From the IMG/VR virus record IMGVR_UViG_3300002136_000057, positions 1 through 52,924 of that record: DNA of 52,924 bases; one strand, written 5' to 3'. A program made the position numbers and the translations under genes. Each line of letters opens with the position of its first letter. Position 1 is the first letter of the stretch. Source of the DNA: a virus. Lineage: Duplodnaviria > Caudoviricetes. The notes under the pieces are model-generated. The model saw nothing but the letters and a program-made list of their open reading frames with translations, was not told where the DNA came from and did no database searches. Shown in pieces: positions 36,681-45,549 of the stretch.

Positions 36681-37530
36681 TTTTCATAAACCTCGTATAT
36701 TTTTCAAGTTGCAATTCACCTTCATACAATGTAGAAGACATTGACGTTTGCCTGCTAAAGTCTTCTAAATCTACGCTACAATTTACATGCTCGTCTACTT
36801 CAAAATAGTTATTACTTTGCAGTACTACTAATTTTCCTACTGGAATTTTATTATACCATTCTGTAAAATTAGGTATGTGTTCGCAGCTTGTATTAATAAT
36901 AGTGTCTGGATTATCTCGCATTTGAACTTGTTTACTATTTGAGTCTGTCATATAATAAAAATTACCTATTGTCCCATCACTAGGAGCCGGAACTTCAGAC
37001 CAATCAAAATCCATGATATCAACATTACTTGCTTTAAACCGCCAGTTGTCCTCAAACCAAGGTTTATTAAATACCTCGGCAATTTTAGCACATTTTGGAT
37101 CAATATCAAAACTACGGATCTTATCAACTTTGATGCTGCTTTCAAATAACATTACTGAAAGAGTAGCATACCATCCTGCACAAAGAAAAACTGTGCCTAA
37201 ATCAACTTTAGTTTTTTGTAATTCGTTCACTAACCACAACTTGCTTTCTAATTGCCCTCTACTAAAACAATCGTCCCATATTTCTGTATTGTTTACAAAA
37301 AAACTTTTAAATGCTGCTGTAAATTGTGTATCAGTATATCGCTCTAATATAGGCCAAAGTTTCCAAGTATTATCTTCCATAATTAGTTTGCGAAGATCAT
37401 CTTTATTTTCGTCTGTAATAATTTTAAATATACTGCTTAGGTCTTTATCAATATACGCCCTGCGCAACTCTGATATGTTGCTGTCAGGGTATAACAATTC
37501 AAATCTATCTAATAATTCAAATGTTTGCAT
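36667..37530 (-). CDS. Class I SAM-dependent methyltransferase-like protein
   Basis: LCAGWY (motif I variant), SFDIDP, NTSCEH, VLQSN. Confidence 0.7.
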   Translation of the reverse strand: MQTFELLDRFELLYPDSNISELRRAYIDKDLSSIFKIITDENKDDLRKLIMEDNTWKLWPILERYTDTQFTAAFKSFFVNNTEIWDDCFSRGQLESKLWLVNELQKTKVDLGTVFLCAGWYATLSVMLFESSIKVDKIRSFDIDPKCAKIAEVFNKPWFEDNWRFKASNVDIMDFDWSEVPAPSDGTIGNFYYMTDSNSKQVQMRDNPDTIINTSCEHIPNFTEWYNKIPVGKLVVLQSNNYFEVDEHVNCSVDLEDFSRQTSMSSTLYEGELQLEKYTRFMKIGYK

Positions 37531-38200
37531 CAAATTGTTCCTTTAACCAATCAAAGTCATTAATCTTTTTTAGTGCTTCGATATTGCCTTGATTAGCAAC
37601 ACCATATTTACGGCCTGCTCTTGCACCCTGAATTGCATAGTCACCAAACGGACGATCTCTTCCTGTAGCACTGCACCACGCAGCTAGTCGTGTGTTGGTT
37701 TCGTCTTGTTGCTGCCTATCGATAACTGCACTTGCAAGTTTGCAACATTCTCTAAATGCACTACGCCATGTACTAAATTCATCTGTATTAAATGCAGTAA
37801 TATTACTAACTTGTTCCATAGGAATAAATTTAGTACTGATACTAGTGGTCATGTCTGGTTTACTAGTGTCCATGTGTAATGTTGCTATTCTAGGAAGCAA
37901 TTTTACACCACCGTTGCCGTATTCTAGATCATTAATAGGATTGCGACCACGCCAAACATGTACAGCATCTTTATTAGTTCGGTTTGGAACATAAGAAAAA
38001 TCAAAGTCATCTACAATAAGTGCATCGGCGTCAACAATCCATATCATATGAGTGAATGCTTTTTTTGCAGCTTCAATGTGTGCTTGGTGTATTCCTTTAA
38101 CTCCGTGAACACGCATAGCCCACGGCACTTGTGCTTTTAGGTTATTCCAGTTTACATCAGCTTGGATTTCGTTATAACTTATAAAAATTACATCATACAT
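37517..38200 (-). CDS. GT-A fold glycosyltransferase-like protein
   Basis: FISYNE, VDADA (DxD), YGNGGVK, WRSAFRE. Confidence 0.7.
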   Translation of the reverse strand: MYDVIFISYNEIQADVNWNNLKAQVPWAMRVHGVKGIHQAHIEAAKKAFTHMIWIVDADALIVDDFDFSYVPNRTNKDAVHVWRGRNPINDLEYGNGGVKLLPRIATLHMDTSKPDMTTSISTKFIPMEQVSNITAFNTDEFSTWRSAFRECCKLASAVIDRQQQDETNTRLAAWCSATGRDRPFGDYAIQGARAGRKYGVANQGNIEALKKINDFDWLKEQFDANI

Positions 38201-39545
38201 TGCTGTTCTCACATAGCTTGTAAAATTCTTTGTACTCTGGAAATACTTCTAAAAAGTTTTTATTTCTACGACGATCGTATTCATTTATAAATTGCACAAA
38301 TCTAAATCTATCCGCATTTACATTAATTTTCTTTTTGAACCGAGCAAGGCAATCGTTGTATATTCTTTGTAATTTTAAAATCTCATCCATTTTAAATCGC
38401 TTGTTCTTTTTTCTTCGTTCGATCATAAAATCTATAGTAGTCTTTAGATATGTTTCAATCATTTCCTCAGTTGCAATTTTAATGTCAAGAAACTCTGGAT
38501 GCCTAACATATGCAAAATCCATAACTACTCGTTCGCCAAAGTCTCGTTTTAATTTTTCTATATGACGAACAAACTTGTGGATTGTGGGCAAACTTAAAAT
38601 ATTAAATGCACTCATAAAACAAACCTTGATATCAGTAGTTTGTTCCAAAAAGTATTTAATATTTGAATCAAATAATTTCCAATCCATTCCGTCTCTACTG
38701 TATTCAGCTTGCCCTTTAACACTTTCTGCACTTGTATATAAACTAAATGATTTAATAGATTTTGAAGCTTCTAATTCTTTTATAGAATTAACAAATTCTT
38801 TCCATAATAAGTTTGGAGGACATGCATTACTGTTTATAGCAAATTCTAAATTAGGCTGAGGATTTTCAATTAAATATTGAATAACCCGCTTAGTGTGTTT
38901 ACTTAATAACGGTTCGCCACCTGTAATTCTAAATACATGCATATGCTGTACTGCTTCAGGAAACCATTTCCAGAATGCTTCAATATACGGATTTTCTTCT
39001 CTTTCAAGAATAGGAATTTCTGTTTCTTTAATACTATTATAATGATTATTTTTTAATATATAAGCACCATTTGCTTTTATTTCTTCAGTCCATTTACTAC
39101 TAAACGCCGGGCCGCAATAAGTACATTTAAAATTGCATACATTTGAGAAACTAACTTCTACATATCTTGGATATATATTTTCGTCACCTGTTGCTGCGAT
39201 TATCTTATCTTTATCAATAGTGCTCCACTTTTCTGAACTTTTAGTTATTCTGTCACTAAAATTATTAGTATTGTCTTCAATACGCCAGCAATAGTCACAT
39301 TCAGTAGGACGCTTGCCTGCAAGCATTTCTTTTCTAATTTCTTTTTTAAAATTAGTGTTATGCAATGCACTTGGATTAACTGCAAGTTCATCTAATGGAA
39401 TTTTATGAGCACCTACGTGATGACAACTATGCGTTAATCCTGATCCAAGATGCATAGTCACCTGTGTCCATTTAGCCAAACAGAATCCGCAGCCAACTGC
39501 ATCTAATTCTTTTTTAACTTGTGGTAATTTATCTAAATCAATCAT
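38193..39545 (-). CDS. Radical SAM protein with N-terminal Cys/His-rich domain
   Basis: FCLAKW, SCHH, CDYC, CNFKCTYC, GGEP. Confidence 0.9.
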   Translation of the reverse strand: MIDLDKLPQVKKELDAVGCGFCLAKWTQVTMHLGSGLTHSCHHVGAHKIPLDELAVNPSALHNTNFKKEIRKEMLAGKRPTECDYCWRIEDNTNNFSDRITKSSEKWSTIDKDKIIAATGDENIYPRYVEVSFSNVCNFKCTYCGPAFSSKWTEEIKANGAYILKNNHYNSIKETEIPILEREENPYIEAFWKWFPEAVQHMHVFRITGGEPLLSKHTKRVIQYLIENPQPNLEFAINSNACPPNLLWKEFVNSIKELEASKSIKSFSLYTSAESVKGQAEYSRDGMDWKLFDSNIKYFLEQTTDIKVCFMSAFNILSLPTIHKFVRHIEKLKRDFGERVVMDFAYVRHPEFLDIKIATEEMIETYLKTTIDFMIERRKKNKRFKMDEILKLQRIYNDCLARFKKKINVNADRFRFVQFINEYDRRRNKNFLEVFPEYKEFYKLCENSNV

Positions 39546-40459
39546 TCTGGATCTATTACAAATTGTTCTGCAGGATTTCTGCTGGGATTTTGATATACTG
39601 TTTTAAAGAATTTACTTTGTCCGGCATCTAATGGCGTTACTCCAATAGGAAGATCAAGTTCATGTATTAGTGTTTCACCTAATCCCATAATTTCATACCT
39701 CAACATATCTTCTGTAATTTTACTGTATTCATTATCCCAAAGACTGTTAAGATATTTAAAATCACGAACTTGTACATAGTCCCAGTCTGTACACATAGTT
39801 TTATACAACCCCTCGCGAGCTCCATAGATAGCCCATAGTCCGTTTTCTACATCAGCACCTACCATTAGCCAAATCCATAAACGATGCAAGTTTTTCCAAT
39901 GGCTTTTAAGGAATTGTTCTTTGGATGGTTTTGCTCCTTGATCTAGTGCCATTTTAACACCTTCACGAAATCCAGCACGCCATGCTTGCTGTGTAGTAGC
40001 ATTATTGTGTACATCAGAGTAACAACTATTTTGCTGTATGTATTGTAAGTCCCAACAAAAGTCTACTTGAGCCGCTATATTATCAGCATCTGCATTTTCG
40101 TGTGTACGCATGTTAAGAACATATTCTTTGGGCCAGCATTTGAGGCCACCGTTGCCATACATCAATCCGTTAATTTCGTTTTTGCCGCACCAACTAATAA
40201 CACTTTTTTCTAAATCACTGCCTGCGGAAATAATTAACTCTTGCTGTAAAAATCCAGGACGTATAATATTATCACCATCGACAGTAATAAAACGATCTGT
40301 TTCGCTTAATGCTGCACATGCTTTGTGCGCTGCGTCACTACCTTCTACACCATGAACACGTTTTGCCCAAGGTGCTTTAGTAAGTAAGTCGGCATAGTTT
40401 TTTTCTGCATTGGGTTCGTCGTATGACAGATAGATAATATCGTAATCAATAATTCTCAT
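39542..40459 (-). CDS. GT-A fold glycosyltransferase-like protein, paralog of 37517-38200
   Basis: YLSYDE, VDGDN, YGNGGLK, WRAGFRE. Confidence 0.7.
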   Translation of the reverse strand: MRIIDYDIIYLSYDEPNAEKNYADLLTKAPWAKRVHGVEGSDAAHKACAALSETDRFITVDGDNIIRPGFLQQELIISAGSDLEKSVISWCGKNEINGLMYGNGGLKCWPKEYVLNMRTHENADADNIAAQVDFCWDLQYIQQNSCYSDVHNNATTQQAWRAGFREGVKMALDQGAKPSKEQFLKSHWKNLHRLWIWLMVGADVENGLWAIYGAREGLYKTMCTDWDYVQVRDFKYLNSLWDNEYSKITEDMLRYEIMGLGETLIHELDLPIGVTPLDAGQSKFFKTVYQNPSRNPAEQFVIDPE

Positions 40460-40462
40460 TTA

Positions 40463-41017
40463 TTACTCCTGTACATTATGTATGTGTTTTACATGATGTG
40501 CGCTACACAAAAGGCTTACCCGCTGTTTGCATACTTCTGTATTATAATTTTCTAATGTAACATTATCGCATAATGCAAGTGTTTTCAAATTAACTTGCAA
40601 TGTATCTAATAGTATAAATCGATTGCTAGGATCAACTACATAGTACTCTTTAATATAATTTTCTCCTTGTGCAAACATTGCACATACTATATCATCCATT
40701 GTACTCGTAACTGTCCAAGTACCGTTATTTAAATCTTGATTTAAAATAATTGCATTATGTTCTATTGCTTGTTTAACAACAATACCTCTAGACTGTGCTT
40801 GGTCTTCTGCCTTGTCGATGTCTTTAAGTACAATATGCATCTTACCTTTTATTTTTGCATTTTCAATTACAATGTAATCTAATATTTGCTTGATGCCGTT
40901 TGAAAAGTCAGTGTATGTTTGTAAATCAACTTCAATATAATATTCGCCAAAAGAATCGTCTGTTATATTAGCAACTGCTGTAATTGCGCCAGCATTGTTA
41001 TAATAGATATAATACAT
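40463..41017 (-). CDS. Hypothetical protein
   Basis: GAGGAG RBS suits ATG at 41017. Confidence 0.65.
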   Translation of the reverse strand: MYYIYYNNAGAITAVANITDDSFGEYYIEVDLQTYTDFSNGIKQILDYIVIENAKIKGKMHIVLKDIDKAEDQAQSRGIVVKQAIEHNAIILNQDLNNGTWTVTSTMDDIVCAMFAQGENYIKEYYVVDPSNRFILLDTLQVNLKTLALCDNVTLENYNTEVCKQRVSLLCSAHHVKHIHNVQE

Positions 41018-41823
41018 TATACACACTCCTCAAGCCATTTTAACACATCTGCTGTTAAAAATTCATCTTCAACATAATGCAAAATGCCTGATTGTTTATA
41101 TCCACCAATATAAAGTTTATTATTACCAAAATCTACAGGCAGCACATCAGTCCATTTACTCTGTAAATGTTGCCAATTTTGTACTTGAGGTTTCATATGA
41201 GTAAATGTTAGATCATTATTAATTTTAGAGTCTAAAATCTTTAGTGCAACTGCGGCACTAAGATCTACACTATTCCAATTTTGCATATTTTTAGGAGCAT
41301 ATTGTTGATAAAATACTTTCCAGTTTTGCATTATTACATCTAATAATTTAAAAAAATTATGAGCTTCGTCGCATTTTGAAAATTTATACATACCGGTGTA
41401 TATATTAGGTAAATTGTTTGAATCGAATGTTTTTCTATAGTACCTATTAGTTATTAATTCGTTTCTATATGTAGTTACTGTATTTGTAAAAATAAGAGGA
41501 TCAATGTTTTCCCATATTGGGGTAATATTATCTAACACTAACATATCAGCATCAAACACTAGCGTATTTCTATAAGGAGTCACATGGTAAATTTTCCAAC
41601 GATTATCTATTTTCCAATCAGATTTTTTTGCTAGGTCGCCCCAAGGTATAGAAATAACTTGATCAAACACATCTTTATATGCATCCGGAATTGCATCATC
41701 AGTCACAATACTGATATTTGTGTTAGGTGCGGTTGCAAGAATACTTAATGCTAATGCATATGCTTGTTGTACATAATCTGTTTTACTATTATTTTGTGCA
41801 AGTACACATACACCATTACTCAT
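41017..41823 (-). CDS. GT8-like glycosyltransferase
   Basis: DYVQQAYALALSI, TPYRNTLVFDADML, FTHMK, LHY. Confidence 0.75.
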   Translation of the reverse strand: MSNGVCVLAQNNSKTDYVQQAYALALSILATAPNTNISIVTDDAIPDAYKDVFDQVISIPWGDLAKKSDWKIDNRWKIYHVTPYRNTLVFDADMLVLDNITPIWENIDPLIFTNTVTTYRNELITNRYYRKTFDSNNLPNIYTGMYKFSKCDEAHNFFKLLDVIMQNWKVFYQQYAPKNMQNWNSVDLSAAVALKILDSKINNDLTFTHMKPQVQNWQHLQSKWTDVLPVDFGNNKLYIGGYKQSGILHYVEDEFLTADVLKWLEECV

Positions 41824-42664
41824 TTGCAAACTCCTTGTCAATGAAAGAGTTTAAACTAAACTTGTTCATAACGTGAACTGTTGCATCTGTAAGTTTTACT
41901 GGAAGATAATCATATGATTTGTGTGCAAGTAATTTAATAACGTTGCTATTAACATCTATTAAAATATCTTTATCCGTTGATACCCACATATCACTAGGTA
42001 ATTGTTTAGGCCATTGTGTGCTATTTTCAAATCCACGCATCATATGCACTGCAATACTAAATGCAAAGTCGTTTCTAAATTTAGACTCTGTGATATCGTA
42101 TACTGTTCTGTAGTAATTATAATTTTCTTTAATGTGACTTACTAAATCAAAAACAGTTTTTGCAGTATTGCTTTTTGTAAAATACAATATAGTAGCCCAA
42201 TACATTGGAATAGTTTTATCGCTTACTCTATCAAAACTAGGTTCTGTGCCTTGATTAACTAAGTTATAATGATCTGCAATCATAAAATCTTCGGTAGTAT
42301 TAAAACATGCTAATAACTTATCATTTGATACTAATAAATCACTATCAATTACAATTGTTTTATCAAATACGCTTAACTCGTATGCACTATTACGTGCAGA
42401 GTTTTTCCACTCTAATTTTTTACTGGAATATATTCCGTTGTTAAATGTTTTAATAGAATTGTTACTAGGTGCAGCAGTATAAGTTATAACATCAATATAA
42501 CGTTTATAAAACGGGTACGTAGATTCAATATAATCAACAGTGTCTGTAATTAACTGAACCGGAAGATTGAGATATTGTTTTACTCGCTTTGCACAATATA
42601 TAGCCTGTTTTGCATAGTCAATATCACTATTATTAAATGCAAAGAGTACTATGCCTTGCTTCAT
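41816..42664 (-). CDS. GT8-like glycosyltransferase
   Basis: DYAKQA, AYELSVFDKTIVIDSD, FRNDFAFSIA, HVMNK. Confidence 0.75.
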   Translation of the reverse strand: MKQGIVLFAFNNSDIDYAKQAIYCAKRVKQYLNLPVQLITDTVDYIESTYPFYKRYIDVITYTAAPSNNSIKTFNNGIYSSKKLEWKNSARNSAYELSVFDKTIVIDSDLLVSNDKLLACFNTTEDFMIADHYNLVNQGTEPSFDRVSDKTIPMYWATILYFTKSNTAKTVFDLVSHIKENYNYYRTVYDITESKFRNDFAFSIAVHMMRGFENSTQWPKQLPSDMWVSTDKDILIDVNSNVIKLLAHKSYDYLPVKLTDATVHVMNKFSLNSFIDKEFANE

Positions 42665-43008
42665 AGATCGACTAGCCCTTGCACTGATCTATTTTGTTTA
42701 ATTGTTTCATAATCGACAGCATATTTGCGAGATGCAAACACATACACACCTATTAGTTCTTTGGTAAATTCATCAATGTCTGTAATAGTAAAAGGGATAT
42801 TGTTGTCGTCTAATATTACTGCATGAATTGGATACACACAAGATAGCGTATGGCAAAAATTAATTAGTTCTTGTGTTACTGTAAACTTATGTCCGTGAGT
42901 ATAATGTACAAGATTTTCTTTGTACTGTGCAAGAAAAATACGCTTTTGATTATTTTGTGTTTCTAGAAAGTTAGAAAATTCTAATGCTTTAGCTAAACGT
43001 TCGTCCAT
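42661..43008 (-). CDS. Hypothetical protein, first gene of the GT operon
   Basis: GAGGAG RBS and sigma70 promoter upstream. Confidence 0.7.
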   Translation of the reverse strand: MDERLAKALEFSNFLETQNNQKRIFLAQYKENLVHYTHGHKFTVTQELINFCHTLSCVYPIHAVILDDNNIPFTITDIDEFTKELIGVYVFASRKYAVDYETIKQNRSVQGLVDL

Positions 43009-43030
43009 CGGTAACTCCTCATATAGTACT

Positions 43031-43059
43031 AGTATATACTATAATTTAAAGCCTGTCAA
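43031..43059 (-). promoter_or_regulatory. Sigma70 promoter heading the long minus-strand GT/radical SAM operon
   Basis: Minus strand TTGACA, 17 bp, TATACT. Confidence 0.8.
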
Positions 43060-43065
43060 GTAAAA

Positions 43066-43971
43066 TTAGAAAGTATTTGTTGCACCAGTTGCAATAGTAG
43101 GAGCATCTACTTGCACATTTGTACCGGTTGGACGAATATAACTTAATGCACTAGTTAATGTACCCTGAACATTTTCGTCAACTGCCGGTCCGGTACCAGT
43201 TTGGTCGCCAACGTCATTATCTTGATACTGCATACGGATTTGAACACCGTTGGTGATTGCACTTGCAAAGATTTTATAACGATTTTCTGAGTATGGATTT
43301 GCACCGTTACGATTCATAATTTCTACTTCTCCAGCTAAATCATAATACCCACTACTATTAGTAATTGTACCGTTTGCTCCTGATTTGGTAACATCAATAT
43401 GATTCATAGTAATAGTACCCGGATCCATCATTGTACGCCAGTCTACAGTTTTTGCTTCGCTACCTGTATAAGATAAAGTCGACGTAAATGTAAGTTTGCC
43501 GCCTGCATTAAAAAATGCCTTTGCAGCATTTGCACTGGCCCAGGTATATGTAACATCATGTGTCTGTGTACCGTTCCAGTTAGTTTTTGTTGCACTTCTA
43601 GCAGATACTGTAGTAAATTGTCCTGCGCCTAGTGAAAACCTATTACCTCCATCTTTAATAAAGTTAACTACAGTTTCAAGTGCATCATGTATTGTTTTTG
43701 TAATACCAGTATCAGTGTTTACAGTAGCAAGTGCAGGGTCTGGTGCTGCACCAACTTGGTGCGTATATGCTTTATCTGCATCTGCTTTAAGTGCGTTCCA
43801 TGCTGCGGCTGTAACTTTATCTCCTGGGTTAACTGTCGGGGCAGTTATTGCTTGATTATATCCAGCTGCTCCTGCACCAGTTCCAGTAGGAGTTCCCATA
43901 ACAAGATTAATACCCGATCTCAATGTGGTATATTCTGCTTCGCCAATGTTTTGACCTACTGTTACTGCCAT
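43066..43971 (-). CDS. Virion structural protein (tail/fibre associated)
   Basis: T/G/A/N-rich, FFNAGG motif, downstream of tail genes and of a perfect late box. Confidence 0.7.
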   Translation of the reverse strand: MAVTVGQNIGEAEYTTLRSGINLVMGTPTGTGAGAAGYNQAITAPTVNPGDKVTAAAWNALKADADKAYTHQVGAAPDPALATVNTDTGITKTIHDALETVVNFIKDGGNRFSLGAGQFTTVSARSATKTNWNGTQTHDVTYTWASANAAKAFFNAGGKLTFTSTLSYTGSEAKTVDWRTMMDPGTITMNHIDVTKSGANGTITNSSGYYDLAGEVEIMNRNGANPYSENRYKIFASAITNGVQIRMQYQDNDVGDQTGTGPAVDENVQGTLTSALSYIRPTGTNVQVDAPTIATGATNTF

Positions 43972-43997
43972 GCTTATTCCTCTTTAACTATGTACTT

Positions 43998-44005
43998 TAT
44001 TTATA
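43998..44005 (-). promoter_or_regulatory. T4-type late promoter TATAAATA
   Basis: Exact T4 late consensus, overlapping the upstream stop codon, ahead of a GAGGA RBS. Confidence 0.7.
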
Positions 44006-45512
44006 CTTTTAAAACGCACTCGACTAGCTTCTCCGATTCAGCTGCGTTTGATTCCAGAGCAATACCTACTAGAGCAGTCGTTGCTAGTGTTGTACATACG
44101 CCGTCTGCCATTGCATAAACTGCTTGACCTTTTTTAACAGCACCTTTAACACGCACAGGAAGACGACCTTTTAGACCAATATATTGTCCTTCGCTATCGC
44201 TGTTCATCATGTATGCCGGATCTGTTGATACTACACCAATACAATGATCACTTGCTTTTGCAGGTTCTACATCGTGGTCTTCGCAAGCACATACTGCTAC
44301 TGCGGTACCTGGTGCTAGTTCTTCTGCTGTTGTATATTTTTCTGCCAAGTCGGCATAACGAGCACTTGTTGCTGTACCTTGAAATAATACAGCATTTAAG
44401 TTACCTGAGCCATCACGCACTGCAACACTGCTACTAGTGCCTGTACCAATGGTGTCAACTGACCCAATTCTTGCAGTGCCTCCAACTATAAGGGCACTTG
44501 CTTTTTCTGAAATTCCGTAAATATTTGTTGCATATACTGCTGCAAACTTATTACTGCTATCGCCTAAAGTTACTGACTCAACTGCTGTTCCGGCAGCATT
44601 AAGGCCTGGTTTAACTACGCCGGGCTTAAACGTAATAACATTTTTAGTTGCTCCGCCGCTTTGTTTAGTTCTAAAACGGATTTCATCGCCTTGTGAATTA
44701 GCAATAACACCTTGATTGTCATTTTCAATGTAGATTTTAAGATCTAACCCTGCACCGATTGCAATACCAGCATCAGTTTGGAAGTTTGTAATCTCTGTAA
44801 ACACACTAGGCGATCCTGGTGTAGCAGTGACATAATTAGATGCTGACAATCCTCCTAATTTTTCAGAATTAGTAGCAGTACCGTGGAATCGTTGTGTTCC
44901 GCTTGTAACACCAGCTGTTGCATTAAGGGTATTTTTAAGGGTTACTCCGGCACGTACAACATCAAATCCTGATATAGCATTTTCAGCATCAGCACTATCA
45001 ATTGTAAATTCTACAGGACTAATAATAAACATTACTTCGTCGTTTACTGTTGCTGCAATAATACTCTTACTAACTGCAAGGGTATCTCGTACTGTTCTAC
45101 TTTGCATTTGTGTAATGCCGGAACCAGCGTCCTGCGGACCAATTAATACAAAGTCTGCACCGTTGTATGAATATAGCTGTTCATTAACAGTATCCCACCA
45201 AAAGTCTCCAGTCGCTAAACCTGCAGGAGCAGTAGCACTAATTTCTGCACCGCCCGTTGTACGCCATTTAGTACCGTCATTGAACTTTAATTTGCTGTTT
45301 GCAGTGTCAAACCAAACTTGACCTGTAATTGCCCTCGGTGGCTGATTGGCACCTGCAAAGTTTTCTAGCAAGAATACAAAGTTTTCGTTTTGTATTTCAC
45401 CGTAACCTGCATAGTTTTTACCAACTAGCTTGATATCAGTTGTTTGATCCAACGTACCATCTTGTACGATTGTTAACTGATTTGTATTGTATTTGTTAAT
45501 TGTATACGCCAT
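44001..45512 (-). CDS. Tail fibre with C-terminal intramolecular chaperone / autocleavage-like domain
   Basis: Shared tail N-domain (LVGKNYAGYGE..NENF..LLENFA), ARYADLAEKY, GVVSTDPAYMMN, GRLPVRV. Confidence 0.8.
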   Translation of the reverse strand: MAYTINKYNTNQLTIVQDGTLDQTTDIKLVGKNYAGYGEIQNENFVFLLENFAGANQPPRAITGQVWFDTANSKLKFNDGTKWRTTGGAEISATAPAGLATGDFWWDTVNEQLYSYNGADFVLIGPQDAGSGITQMQSRTVRDTLAVSKSIIAATVNDEVMFIISPVEFTIDSADAENAISGFDVVRAGVTLKNTLNATAGVTSGTQRFHGTATNSEKLGGLSASNYVTATPGSPSVFTEITNFQTDAGIAIGAGLDLKIYIENDNQGVIANSQGDEIRFRTKQSGGATKNVITFKPGVVKPGLNAAGTAVESVTLGDSSNKFAAVYATNIYGISEKASALIVGGTARIGSVDTIGTGTSSSVAVRDGSGNLNAVLFQGTATSARYADLAEKYTTAEELAPGTAVAVCACEDHDVEPAKASDHCIGVVSTDPAYMMNSDSEGQYIGLKGRLPVRVKGAVKKGQAVYAMADGVCTTLATTALVGIALESNAAESEKLVECVLKV

Positions 45513-45535
45513 ATTTAAATAACCCCTTGCTGTTA

Positions 45536-45544
45536 GTATTTATC
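45536..45544 (-). promoter_or_regulatory. Late-type box GATAAATAC
   Basis: Intergenic, upstream of the tail gene RBS. Confidence 0.6.
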
Positions 45545-45549
45545 GCAAG

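Noticed and set aside
6155-43008. Classical RiPP cluster
   Set aside because: No convincing leader/core precursor, RRE/PqqD domain, peptidase or exporter seen; a precursor under 60 aa or encoded elsewhere cannot be excluded.
6155-43008. Bacterial chromosomal DNA or host contamination
   Set aside because: The island shares the ATAAATA late-type box with the structural genes and is joined seamlessly to tail genes at both ends; read mapping would settle it.
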